Below are positions 1 to 11,799 of a stretch of 64,000 bases of DNA, piece by piece. Every line of letters starts with the position of its first letter. The first letter of the stretch is position 1. Made by a program: the position numbers and the translations under genes. The notes under the pieces were generated by a model. It saw only the letters and a list, made by a program, of their open reading frames with translations. It was not told where the DNA came from and did no database searches. This DNA is from Octopus vulgaris (taxonomy: Eukaryota), in the NCBI GenBank assembly GCA_951406725.2, contig OX597814.1, positions 37,076,001 to 37,140,000 of the forward strand, written 5' to 3'.

Positions 1-95
1 ATTGGACAAGATATATCAAATTAATGATATAAAATCCGATACAAATTACCAAATATCATTAGTTAAAATCCGAAAAGATCTTTTGACTCAATCTG

Positions 96-96
<1 letters not shown>

Positions 97-135
<39 letters not shown>
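97..135. repeat. (TA)n microsatellite (representative of >30 TA/CA/CT/TATC/TATG tracts in the window)
   Basis: Pure TA run. Similar tracts at ~595-636, 3520-3740, 5545-5640, 6460-6750, 14815-14970, 19170-19290, 22776-23022, 24850-24945, 38200-38390. These produce the YIYIYI ORFs. Confidence 0.97.
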
Positions 136-138
<3 letters not shown>

Positions 139-139
139 T

Positions 140-590
140 ATGTATGTATATTTAAATATTAAAAAACTGGAACAAAAGATACAATAGAAGACAATAAAAC
201 ATTCGGACAGATACACGATACAAAGGAGAACAGGGGAAACAACAATTAGGACAGACAAAAAAGACGGGTCATTCGTGGCCTTTTTTCCTCTCTCAAGTTC
301 CAGAAGTCATAACCGTTTTGGGCAGTTACACTTGAGACAGTTCGAGCTGGTTGCCCTGAAAAACGTCTAAGCTTAGAGCATTAGATTTTTTGTATGAAAG
401 CTAGCGAATGCATACGGCAGCAAAGGCAAAAAATGGAGAACATGGTACACAATTACGAATACAAATAACAAGAAAATAACAACAGGTGTCTTTCGACTGA
501 AAAGGAATCAAATTGAGCTGGCGTGTATGAAGTGAAAGACTAAAGGCAGGAACATAGGAGATGGACATAAGAGGTATGGGCTGTCAGTAG
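140..590 (-). mobile_element. Decayed interspersed repeat between TA tracts, possibly a Penelope-like terminal-repeat relic
   Basis: Non-coding block bounded on both sides by (TA)n, the same layout as 3740-4575 and 56100-56335. Family assignment is by recall only. Confidence 0.3.
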
Positions 591-644
<54 letters not shown>

Positions 645-1054
645 TTAATACATACATATTTATATATACATGTGTGAGTCTATTCAAATAATAAGTTTCA
701 GTCCGTACATTAAGGTTTCACTTAAATGCTTATTAATCTTGTGGTAAGAAGTTCTCTTTACAAAGACAGAAAATATGAGGCTTCATCTTTCAAAATGGAT
801 ATTCAGCTATTATATCATAATTGTCGCGTTGATTTTATAAATAAAATAATTTAGGTTTTCAGTGTCAAATGTTAAGATAAGTGACCTGAGGTAAAGAAAG
901 GAATAAAATGAAGTAAAATTTAGCGGAATACCAATGGAGGATTAAAGTAAAGGGATATTACGAATAGCTGCGTAGAAAATATTTATACCTTTCTTTTGTT
1001 TATTTTAATTACACTGTAGCTATATGTTTGTGAACAATATTATTTTTAAGACTG

Positions 1055-1667
1055 GAAGAAGGTGAGCTGGCAGAATCGTTTGCACGCTGGGCAAAATGCT
1101 TAGCGGTATTTCGTCTGCCGCTACGTTCTGAGTTCAAATTCAGCCGAGGTCGACTTTGCTTTTCGTCCTTTCGGGGTCGATTAAATAAGTACCAGTTACG
1201 TACTGGGGTAGGTATAATCGACTAATTCCGTTTGTCTGTCCTTGGTTGTCCTCTCTGTGTATAGCCCCTTGTGACTAGTAAAGAAATAGGTATTTCGTCT
1301 GCCGCTACATTCTGAGTTCAAATTCCGCCGATTCGACTTTGCCTTTCATCCTTTCGGGGTCCATTAATTAAGTACCAGTTAGGCACTGGGGTAAATATAA
1401 TCAACTTAATCCGTTTGTCTGTCCTTGTTGGTCCCCGCTGTGTGTATCCCCTTGTGGGCAGTAAATAAATAAGAATCGTTAGCACGCCGGGCGAAATAGC
1501 TTGCGTATTTTGTCTGTCTTTTCGTTCTGAGTTCAAATTCCGCCGAGGATGACTTTGCTTTTCATCCTTTAGGGGTCGATAAATTAAGTACCTGTTGCGT
1601 ACTGGGGTAGATGTAATCGACTTACCACTCCACCAAAATTTCAGGCCTTGTGCTTATAGTAGAAAAG
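1055..1667 (+). mobile_element. Trimeric tRNA-derived SINE (family A) with 19-bp TSD
   Basis: Three tandem units (~1057-1289, 1290-1471, 1473-1667), each with GAGTTCAAATT (B-box-like) and GACTTTGC(C/T)TTTC. Flanked by aatattatttt(t/g)aagactg at 1036-1054 and 1668-1686. Confidence 0.9.
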
Positions 1668-2162
1668 AATATTATTTTGAAGACTGTGTGAATTAATATA
1701 TTTCAATGGTATTACTAGCAAATTTAGGAAATATTAATATGCTAAATTGAAACCATAATCGTATATATATATAAAGCTTCCATTTAGATATCTTGGCAAA
1801 ATGTGTTACGAAAAATATATATTGTAGATACTTTATTTTTTATATTTGTGCTGCTCCAGTATATTTCTGTTATAAATTTATTTGAGGAGCGTAATACTTG
1901 CACACTTCGTTCCGTATCTGTCAGAATCTCGGTGTTTGCGATGGGCATCAGTATATTTTACTATCTATGCAATAAAGTAATTCTTTACGTAGGTATATTT
2001 AGTAGAAAAATATGTTAGAAAATTAACGTTATAGTTTCTTTGAAAAATTAATTTTATTATGTGACCTTTTTATTCTAGATCATAAAAGCATCTCTCTTTC
2101 TGCGTGTGCGCACCTCTCTCTCTCTCTGTCTCTCGGTATACATACATACATATCTGTCTGTG

Positions 2163-2232
<70 letters not shown>

Positions 2233-2285
2233 CACATCTATCTATCTAGTTATCTGTCTGTCTCTATACACACACACATATATAC

Positions 2286-2320
<35 letters not shown>

Positions 2321-2356
2321 GCACGTGTGTATACGGGGATTTTACCAGCATTTATT

Positions 2357-2700
2357 TAGGCGTTGGTGTGAGGCAAGAAGCTCACTTCCCAACAACAAGG
2401 TTCCAGGTTCAGTCCCACTCCATGGCACCTTCTGAGTGGACAGAAACAGAAAGACACCTGTTGTGTGTGTGTGTGTGTGTGTGTGCGTGCATGTTTGTGA
2501 GGATATGTGTCTGTGCTCGTCCCCTAGCACCACTTAACCACCGATGCTGGATTGTTCCCTGTAACTTAGCACTTCGGTAAAAGACCCCGATAGAATAAGT
2601 ACTAGGCTTAAAACACGATAAGTCTTGGATTCTATTTGTTCAGCTAAAACCCTTCAAGGCATTGCTCCAGCACGGCCGGAGTCGAATGACTGAAATGAAA
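2357..2700 (+). mobile_element. tRNA-derived SINE (family B), internally deleted and diverged
   Basis: Head GGTTCCAGGTTCAGTCCCACT, internal (GT)n, tail GATAGAATAAGTACTAGGCTT...GCTCCAGCA...TGACTGAAA. Reverse complement of the 7094-7489 copy. Confidence 0.85.
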
Positions 2701-3134
2701 TTAAAGATTAAAGATAAAGATATAGCTAACATAAAGTACTCTTCCTCATTAATTATGTTGTTCCTAATTTTCTTCACTACATTACTTCAATCAGAAGTAA
2801 CGTGCCATCCTTGAGATTTCGAAGAAGGTCTGCAGGTGACGTGAAAACTACTGAAGACTACGAACTGTTTACAGACAAATCGTCATTAACAGAGCAATAG
2901 ACACAGAACAGGCGACGTTTACAGACTAAGGGGGGAATAAACATTGAAAACCCACGCGACTATTACTATTAATGGTAAACATTGTAAGGCATTAACTGCG
3001 AAGGGATGAATTTATTCGTGTGACTTCGTTAGCCGCAAATCTTGAATAACTGGATGGTGTTTGCAATGCAGGATTGAAGATAAACAGTATCTCGGCATTT
3101 TACACGTGACTAGAGGAAGAGAAGTGAGGCAATT

Positions 3135-3260
3135 TTCTTTCTACTATCGGTACACGGCCTGAAATTTTGTGAGCAAGAGTAGTATTTTATATTGACCCCA
3201 TTGTTAAACTGGTAATTATTTTACAGACCTCGAAAAGCTGAAAGGTAGATTTGACCACAG
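3135..3260 (-). mobile_element. SINE family A 3' fragment
   Basis: ctttctactat...ggcctgaaattttg matches the reverse complement of the family A tail at 1635-1667. Confidence 0.6.
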
Positions 3261-3416
3261 TGGATTGTTGCTGCCTTAATGAGGGAGAAATTATACTCGA
3301 CTGAGCACGAGTGAAGTCAATGAAAATAAATCTTCCAGTTTGGAGAAGTGGAAGAAATGTCAGCGTAGCTTTATAATACATGAATATAGCTCAGTTAGTG
3401 GAATGCCATGACGTCA

Positions 3417-3500
3417 CTTAGCGAAAGCGCCAGTCAGTGGTACTGAATGTGGAACCAAGTGCTTCAGATGCAGACTTCTTATCACGTAGCCACTCCTGCA
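3417..3500 (-). mobile_element. SINE family B head fragment
   Basis: cagtggtactgaa...ggaacc...agccactcctgc resembles the 7420-7487 head. Confidence 0.6.
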
Positions 3501-3556
3501 CACATTTACAAGTATATAAGTATACATACATACATACATACATAAATACATATATA

Positions 3557-3658
<102 letters not shown>

Positions 3659-3682
3659 TATATACATATATATATATGCATA

Positions 3683-3739
<57 letters not shown>

Positions 3740-3742
<3 letters not shown>

Positions 3743-4575
3743 AATTGAGATAGGTGTTGTAAATGCAACCCTCCATGGGATAACATATATCCAATATACT
3801 GCTAGTGAAGTACCCAATACAGTTAATACATAAATGTTAATGATTACGATGCAATCAATTCATTTACTGTATTATATGGGCAAAGGTAAAAAGATTTACC
3901 ACAAATTACTAATACAAGATAAGAAAATGGATAAATACATCTAAATCAAATATCAATTACCAGATAATACTCAATCACATACTTTATTAAACCACCACAT
4001 AAGAGACTGTAGAGTTAAATATAAAAAGCAGAACAGATCAGTGTACATAAAGGAATGGACATAAAAAAGTGTACATAAAAGAGTAACGTTGTATAATAAG
4101 TAGAATATATATAAAAGAGAATATAAATATAAGTAAATATAAATATAAGTATATATTACATCTTACAGCTGTTTCGGCCATGTAGATAAATATGTCTTAT
4201 TTTACCAATATTAGCCCTTTATGGTTGGTCAATATGTAGATATAAAAGAGACATTCACAAAAATATCATAAGGCCTCTTCGGAGATTATGTAATATAACT
4301 CAGTCTACATATATACCCACATGGGTGTGGGCGCATACCCACAATACAACATATACATATACATATGAGTGCATATACTCACACTCCTATACATATAAAA
4401 ATATACATTTACATAATGATATAAATAAATAATATAAATTGATAAACATATATATGTGTTCCACATTCAATGTCTCAGTTTTTCGACTTAATATTGTGAT
4501 AATAAACATACACAAATTAGTCTAATTTGTGAATGTCTGATTTAGATGTATTTCTCCATTTTCTTATCTTGTATA
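3740..4575 (-). mobile_element. Probable Penelope-like element terminal-repeat relic inserted in (TA)n, carrying a hammerhead fold
   Basis: Bounded by TA tracts. Contains a type I hammerhead motif (4152-4297) and a 37-bp inverted repeat (3912-3948 / 4538-4574). Hammerheads and inverted terminal segments are known hallmarks of Penelope-like elements. No RT or GIY-YIG sequence seen. Confidence 0.6.
4152..4297 (-). ncRNA. Type I hammerhead ribozyme-like motif (U4C variant, long helix II insert)
   Basis: Minus strand reads UAUAUUACAuaAUCU-CCGAAGA-GGCC-[~92 nt]-GGCC-GAAA-C-AGCU-G-UA/AGAUGUAAUAUA. Stem I AUCU/AGAU extends past a bulge, stem II is GGCC/GGCC, and stem III is minimal with a palindromic AGCU loop. 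Predicted cleavage between 4164 and 4163. Confidence 0.75.
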
Positions 4576-4652
4576 TATATATATATATATATATAATTCG
4601 CCGTCACTAAAATGTGAACAAATGTACAGGGAGCATTGGCATTTATAGAAAT

Positions 4653-4750
4653 AAGAGTCAGAGACATCTTAGCCACATAAGGCATATGATATATTTAATT
4701 GACAGTGGTGACACCATGCCTTTTATGTAGATAAGGAGTCTCTGACTCTT
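4653..4750. other. Imperfect ~33-bp-arm hairpin / inverted repeat
   Basis: aagagtcagagac-atcttagccacataa-ggcat pairs with atgcc-ttttatgtagataagga-gtctctgactctt; the outer 13 bp are perfect. Confidence 0.85.
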
Positions 4751-4889
4751 TTTTCCGGCGCTGCTGACTCACTTCCTTGTTGGTGTTAAATCGCGTCTAT
4801 CCAACTTTATTATTTCATACACACAAACACACACACACACACATACGCAAGTTTATATATCTATTCATAAATACATATTCTTCTGCGGA

Positions 4890-5170
4890 ACGGAGGATAG
4901 TAGTCATGAATTGTTGTAGAGGTCAGCTGAACAGAAGATGTGAATGCACAATTAAAAGTTTAGGAAAAATGGAACATTTATAGCGAATTAATGTGGAACT
5001 TATAGCGCTTGCACAGTGACAAGTGATTCTCAATGTATCTATTTTCATAGGTGCATTAGGGTATGTAACAAAATATTTGCACAAAAACCTAGAAATACTG
5101 GGTTTCGCGGATAAAGGGCAAAAGAAAATGGCGCGGATTCTCCAAATCCACTCTATTAGAGACACAGTGT
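4890..5170 (+). mobile_element. R4/Dong-like (RLE) LINE C-terminal remnant
   Basis: Translation IFIGALGYVTKYLHKNLEILGF...RILQIHSI resembles the post-endonuclease PxxIGALG motif also seen at 43360 and 45780. Confidence 0.65.
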
Positions 5171-5549
5171 ATGCATCGACAGTTCAACCAACACATCAAC
5201 TCAGTCACATATGTACAAACACCGAGAACTCTCTTAACTAAAAACAAAAGAAACACCTTGGGTTCATTTCTTAGCGACAAGCTTGAACTTCCTAACGAGA
5301 AATTCAAATTAAAATCAAAGAAAACCATACAGATATGTAGCGATAATAGAATAGTTAATACAAATTCTTATTGATTAGTAGAAACGGTGTTGAAAAACTG
5401 GCCTAGCGCTGGAGTGCAAAAAAACCTGCTCCTGGAGTAGCTGCTCTTGGTTTCCTATCTAATAAGATAATATGTATACAAATTTAAACGTTTTGAGCTA
5501 CCTTTTCCGTAGACTGAAATAAACGTAAAAATAAATACGTCTATGTATG

Positions 5550-5581
<32 letters not shown>

Positions 5582-5798
5582 TGTATGTATGTATGTATGT
5601 ATGTATGTATGTAGGTATGTATGTATGTACGTATGTATGTAGGTGTATATAAGTATGTCTGTATTTGTTGCATATATGTATATATAATGAATACACACGC
5701 ACACACACACAGATATAGGTACGTATACGCGTGATCCTATATATGCATGCATCGGTCTATAATAGATGTTTGAACGTATCTATGTGTCTATCTCTCAA

Positions 5799-5864
<66 letters not shown>

Positions 5865-6460
5865 CAAACCTCAGCATAACTAAAAGTAGAAAGAATGAAA
5901 ATACCTATATTTAGATAATGAAAAGATGTGGCAAATTTTAAAGGTTTGAAAATTTATCTACACTATTTCAGCAGTTTTTTACTTAATTTTAAAAAATGGT
6001 TGGAATATATTTTAGCTTCTGTTTTTTCTGCCCTTAAGCACAATGATTTGTCTACCACGTATATTACGAAATTCCCAATATAATATTTCTGAATGAAAGA
6101 CGTGAAATGATTGAAAATCCTTTAACGAAATCATATAAAAAAAAATAAATGAATGAGATGCACGATTTTTTTTATCGCCAAATCTTTTCTATTAATATCA
6201 TTAAAAGAAGTGGTAATTTAAAGTATATTATAGTAACCTAAAGGTAATATTTATGTGTGTGTGAGTGTATAGCTTGACAGATATATACACACATATACGG
6301 TTACACAGGTACACGTGTGTGCGTATGTATTAATATATTTGTGCCTAAATATACACGTATGGTTGTATAATATAACTTCACATGGAACGCAAAACACTGG
6401 AAGTAATGCAAAATAAGTACAGAGAGAAAGAGTTTTAAGAATACTACAGCATAAAAGTAT

Positions 6461-6523
<63 letters not shown>

Positions 6524-6589
6524 CTGTGTGTCTGTGTGTCTGTGTGTGTGTGTGTATATATAGAGAGAGGCATACACATATATAGAAAC

Positions 6590-6630
<41 letters not shown>

Positions 6631-6701
6631 ATATATATATATATATATATATGCATATATATACACATGTGCGTACCGTCATATGCATGTATATATGTAT
6701 A

Positions 6702-6746
<45 letters not shown>

Positions 6747-7036
6747 ATAAGATGTGGCATATATATATATTGTATGTATCAATGTATCTGCGTGCATTCG
6801 TATGCCTGTACATTCTTATGCGTGTGTATTTACAACACATAATGACTGTGTCAATAGATCTTTTGATTCCGAAATACAAGGACGTATTAATTCCATCTGA
6901 TGACACCTTAATGCTCCTTGTTTTAAATATACATGCATTCTATATTCTATACACCATGAATATATATGCTACGTACGTAGACACATACATACATGCACAC
7001 ACGCATACACACACACACTCACACATACACGCACAC

Positions 7037-7077
<41 letters not shown>

Positions 7078-7093
7078 TTTTACATTTTACATT

Positions 7094-7489
7094 TATACTT
7101 GTTTCAGTCATTTGACTGCGGCCATGCTGGAGCACCGCCTTTAGTCGAGCAAATCGACACCGGGACTTATTCTCCGTAAGCCCAGTACTTATTCTATCGG
7201 TCTCTTTCGCCGAACCGCTAAGTGATGGGGACGTAAACACACCAGCATCGGTTGTCAAGCAATGCTAGGGGGACAAACACAGACACACAATCACACACAT
7301 ACATATATATATATATACATATATACGACAGGCTTCTTTCAGATTCCGTCTACCAAATCCACTCACAAGGCATTGGTCGGCCCGGGGCCATAGCAGAAGA
7401 CACTTGCCCAAGATGCCACGCAGTGGGACTGAACCCGGAACCATGCGGTTGGTAGACAAGCTACTTACCACACAGCCACTCCTGCGCCT
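7094..7489 (-). mobile_element. Full-length tRNA-derived SINE family B (CORE-like block)
   Basis: Minus-strand head AGGCGCAGGAGTGGCTGTGTGGT (A box)...GGTTCAGTCCC (B box), then TTGGGCAAGTGTCTT, internal TA/CA repeat, and tail ending TGACTGAAACAAGTA. Confidence 0.92.
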
Positions 7490-7579
7490 ATATATATATA
7501 AAACCATAAAATTTACCATCGCTCCGAGCATATAGAAATAGAAACTCGTACAATACCTCATGCAATGTGTTTAAAACAG

Positions 7580-7795
7580 TAAGGCAGTGAGCTGGCAGAA
7601 ACTGCAGTACGCCGGGCGAAATACATTGCAGCATTTCGTCTGTGTTTACGTTCTGAGTTCAAATTCCGCCGAGGTCGACTTTGCCTTTCATCCTTTCGGG
7701 GTCGATAAATTAAGTACCTGTTGCGTACTGGGGGTCGATCTCTTCGACTAGCACTCTACCCCAAATTTTCGGGCCTTGTACCTAGAGTAGAAAAT
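7580..7795 (+). mobile_element. SINE family A
   Basis: GGCAGTGAGCTGGCAGAA...GAGTTCAAATTCCGCCGAGGTCGACTTTGCC...AGTAGAAAA. Confidence 0.92.
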
Positions 7796-9347
7796 AAAAG
7801 ATTATGCATCTTTGTGATGCACTCCTCTGAAAGGGAACATTTTCATTTGCATATCACAAATTGTATTTTCTATATCTGCTTATCGTAGTTAAATGCGTTT
7901 GATATCAATTTGAAATGTAGTACCATCAAGTAAAATTCGCTTCCATGTAAATTCACTATGTGCACATATTTATGATTTCGAACTGCGTTTAACTGCCCGA
8001 AATCAGTTGTATTCATCAGGTTTCAATTCCGTGAACCGAGCCTGTTTTTCCGTTATAACAAAAACTATATTGTGTCGGTTGGGCGAATTCGGTTATTAAA
8101 TTTGAGTGATAAAATATGAATGCAATATATTTTTGAATAGTTTTGGTAGCATTGAATGATATATTTAAAACTGACAGTTTATACATACCAAATAAGATTC
8201 TGTGAACCCAAATTATAGATTAATGAAACGCGATGAACATCACGGGTATTTTATTACGATTTATAGCGCACCAGATAACGGTCAATGGACATTCTTCGAG
8301 TAAAATATCTAAGACTATAAAACAGAAAAGAAATATTGCAGTATTTTACAAAGACAAAAATTAGAATAACTAAGAATATAAGAAATTTAATAACATTTCT
8401 GTATATATATTAAGAGTGGTCAATGGTGAGTTATTTTTTCTGACTGAAGCGATTTTGCGATATAAGCCGTAGATAAGTGCTATTCTTTAATATAATTTAT
8501 ATTTAAATGAATTATCTATAAGGCGTACTGCGGTTCAATGTTTTAATGTAATTCACGATAGCATTTGGAAATACAGAATCTTTTATTAAGTATTCATCAA
8601 CATTTTCAGCCATGCTCGGAAAGGACAGCAATAAAAGTCAACTTTTGTTGTTCTGGTATTTAAAGCATGTAACGCAGCTAATTCTGACATTCAAATGCAG
8701 AGTTATTTTCGGTCAGACTATAATCCGCTGACTTAAGGATTTTATAATCTAGGATTTGATGACAGAAATGTTGTTACTGCATACATTGCTTACGGTTTTA
8801 TTATAAAAGAAAGACCAGGCCTTTTCTACTAGAGTCATTTCATGTGTCATTTGATTTTATTTCCATGATAGTATTAGATGTGTACGGAACTCTAACTATT
8901 TTGGATGTTCAAAAGGTTAGAACAGAATGGCATCCTATAAAGTACTAACATCTGAAACAACTGCTCTCTAATAAATATGCTGTGCAGAACTTCACAAACT
9001 GATAGTAATATTATATTCTTTTGACTGTACAAAGGTTTTACTTTTATTTCATGGAGTGGTTTTTGTGTGTACGAATGAAAGGGTGGTTATTATTGTTATT
9101 TTTGTTGGTATTATTAACAGAGCTGAGCGATAAGTGTCAAAAACAGCCTCTAATTTTTCTCTAATTTTTTAATTCAACATCAAAGTGTCCTTTCATTATT
9201 AAAATCATTCTAAATTAAAACCATTCAATCCCTGTAATATATATTTAATTGACCTATGCCTCAAGCAGTATATTATGTATCTATGAAATATTTACTGCTA
9301 TCGTTCTCCTTGTTGTACCTTATTTCCTGTTATTTTGTTCATAAATA

Positions 9348-10595
9348 CAGGGATTGGACAAAATAATGGAAACACCTAGCATCATAGCATCATACTTTGA
9401 AATATCTATAAAATCATCAAAAGCTTGTTTATTTTTATGTTTTTCATCTATTATTAGTGTTGCTTAATATGTTTTGCTAAAATTGCTGTTTGTTTTCAGA
9501 TATCATCAGAAAAAAAAGTAATTATAATTCATTAAAATGACAGATCTATCGGACGTTCAAAGAGGACAAATTGTTAGTGCTAGTATGGCAGGCGCTAGCG
9601 TAACAAAAACAGCCGAAATGTTTGGTGCACCTAGAAGTACTATATCGAAAGTAATGACAGCCTTTGAGAAAGCGGATAAAAATACCTCCTCGTCGAAAAA
9701 AAGAAAACCAAAACTTTCAGATAGGGATCGTTGGAATCTTACGCGAATTGTTAGAAAGGTTCACAAAAGTACATCTCCCAAATTACTGCAGAGCTTAATG
9801 ACCAGCTCGAGAACCCAGTTTCCACAAAAAACTGTTCGCCGGGAGCTGCACAAAGCCGAATTTCACGGGGGTGCTGCAATCAGAAAACCACTACTTACAA
9901 AATAAATGTTGCAAAGTGTTTAGAGCGGAGCAGAAACCTACAGAACTGGTCCCTAGAGCAGTGAAAGAATGATATTTTCTCGGACTAGTCATCCTTTACA
10001 TTATCTCCAACCACCGGCCGAATATACGTGTGGAGACGTCCAAAAGACCCAGACTGCCATATTATAACTGTTAAACACGGAGGAGGATATGTGATGATCT
10101 GGAGGACTAAATCTCCGAAATCCGCCGGCCCAATGGTTTCCCTTCATGGCAGAATTAATAGCTAAAATTACTTAAGGATTTTATCTTATCAAACTCATCC
10201 TATGTTTGCAGAACTGTTTCCGAAGGGAAATGCAATCTTTCAGGATGATAATGCACCAATTCACGTAGCTAAAATTGCTACTGAATCGCACAAGGAACAT
10301 TCTAGTGAAGTTGAAGATCTTATCTGAGCCAAAACAGTCCCCAAATCTCAATATTATTGATCATTTATGGTGCATTTTAGAAAATAAAAAGTAGTCGATA
10401 TCCTCCACCATCGTCACTACAAGAACTGGAGACTGTTTTAGCTGAAGAATGGTCAAATATGCCTTTGGAAACAATTCAAACTTTGTGGGAGTTCATAACT
10501 CTTAGAATTCAAGCTTTAATTACTGCCAAAGGCAGTCCTGCCCCATGTTAAAATAAATTTGTTTGACATTTTAAGGTGTTTCCATTATTTTGTCC
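9348..10595 (+). mobile_element. Tc1-family DNA transposon, near full length, inactive
   Basis: TA + CAGGGATTGGACAAAATAATGGAAACACCT left TIR; right TIR AGGTGTTTCCATTATTTTGTCC at 10574-10595 lacks its outermost ~8 bp. Confidence 0.93.
9537..10551 (+). pseudogene. Tc1 (DD34E-type) transposase pseudogene
   Basis: N-terminal HTH MTDLSDVQRGQIV...; then IFSD*S, TVKHGGG, IFQDDNAPIH, SPNLNIIDHLW. Multiple stops and frameshifts. Confidence 0.92.
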
Positions 10596-11299
10596 TTTAT
10601 ATATATTTTAGTTAGGTCGACAATCTCCGTTGGCGATCTTGCTTTAAATATCTTCTTCACATTTAATTTATAAATATATATTTTAGTTACAAGTTATCCC
10701 AGTTGTATCTATTACACAACTGAGTGCTATAATTCAATTTTTAGCGGTAGGATAATGCAGGAACAATTATTTAATTCTAACACCTAATACAAGTTATGGT
10801 TTTTCGTGTTGCCAATGAATTTATCAACAGTTAGACTGCCCTCAGTCGTTGGCATCATTCCGCTATTCCATCCTCGATTAAGGCTTCGCTAGATTCGAGT
10901 ACGTTTTTAGTGTAAAAACAACATGAAATTACGTGAACATGACTAGCAATGAGCTCCTATTGCCTGTCATGGACCTGAAAAGTCGATTCGACTCTGGCAT
11001 TGTTTGAACACAAAACAGGTAGGATTCATTACTTTCTTGATAGTATTGAAAACAACGCTGCTTGTGACAAAGTTATTAAAGATAAAAGAGCACTTCATAA
11101 TGTCGTTGGTGAGCATATATTTATAGCATATCTAGTTTAAGAAACTGCCCCCATTTAGGTAAAGGTTGGACCTAGATGAAGCAGGAGGGATTGTTAATAT
11201 CTGTTTAAAACACTTTTAATTTTTTTTAAATTCTCTGGTTCAGTTGTTGAGATCTGTTGTAGTCATCATCCGCTTCTTCCAGCGTTGGGATTTTGGTGG

Positions 11300-11440
11300 G
11301 TCGGTCACAATAAGGCTAGGTCCTCATCCTCGACCTAGTCGCCAAGGGTGACCCTACGATGAATTAAAAAACCCCGACGGTATCGATCTCGGAGTCATTA
11401 GTCCACCAAAGCTCCTCCACCACGACATGTAGCGACCATC
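11300..11440 (-). mobile_element. RTE-clade LINE 5' head (Expander/Rex3/BovB-like), decayed
   Basis: Minus strand TGTCGTGGTGGAGGAGCTT...AATGAC...GTCGGGG...TAGGGTCACCCTTGGCGACTAGGTC resembles the conserved RTE 5'-UTR head (by recall). Confidence 0.6.
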
Positions 11441-11585
11441 AAAGTTTTAGGATAATTTGATTTAAACAACATACTCGCAACGCATCTCATAACTTTAATA
11501 TGCTGATGGCAATACTGCCGTCTGACATTCTAGAAAAGAATTCCCACAGTCTATGTACAAATTTCTTATAGCCTGCCATCGCTTT

Positions 11586-11737
11586 ATGAGTATCTTCTAT
11601 ATTTTAATGATGATGATTATTTTGCTGCTTATGATGATGATGATTATGATGATGATGACGATGATGATGATGACGACGAAGACCACGACCACATCTTGCA
11701 CCACTACTAGTACTACCCACACCGCCACAACAACAAC
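11586..11737 (+). repeat. Copy 1 of a ~150-bp direct duplication containing (ATG)n
   Basis: atgagtatcttctatattttaatg...cacatcttgcaccactactagtactacccacacc recurs almost exactly at 13614-13758. Confidence 0.92.
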
Positions 11738-11799
11738 ATCAAGAAAACCGAGGTCCTTGCAACTCAGTCCCAAATACCATCTTACCAGATTTTAGTGTC

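Noticed and set aside
7252-7561. Recurrent ORFs such as ...CHAVGLNPEPCGW (also 29847-30041)
   Set aside because: They repeat because they are translated SINE family B copies.
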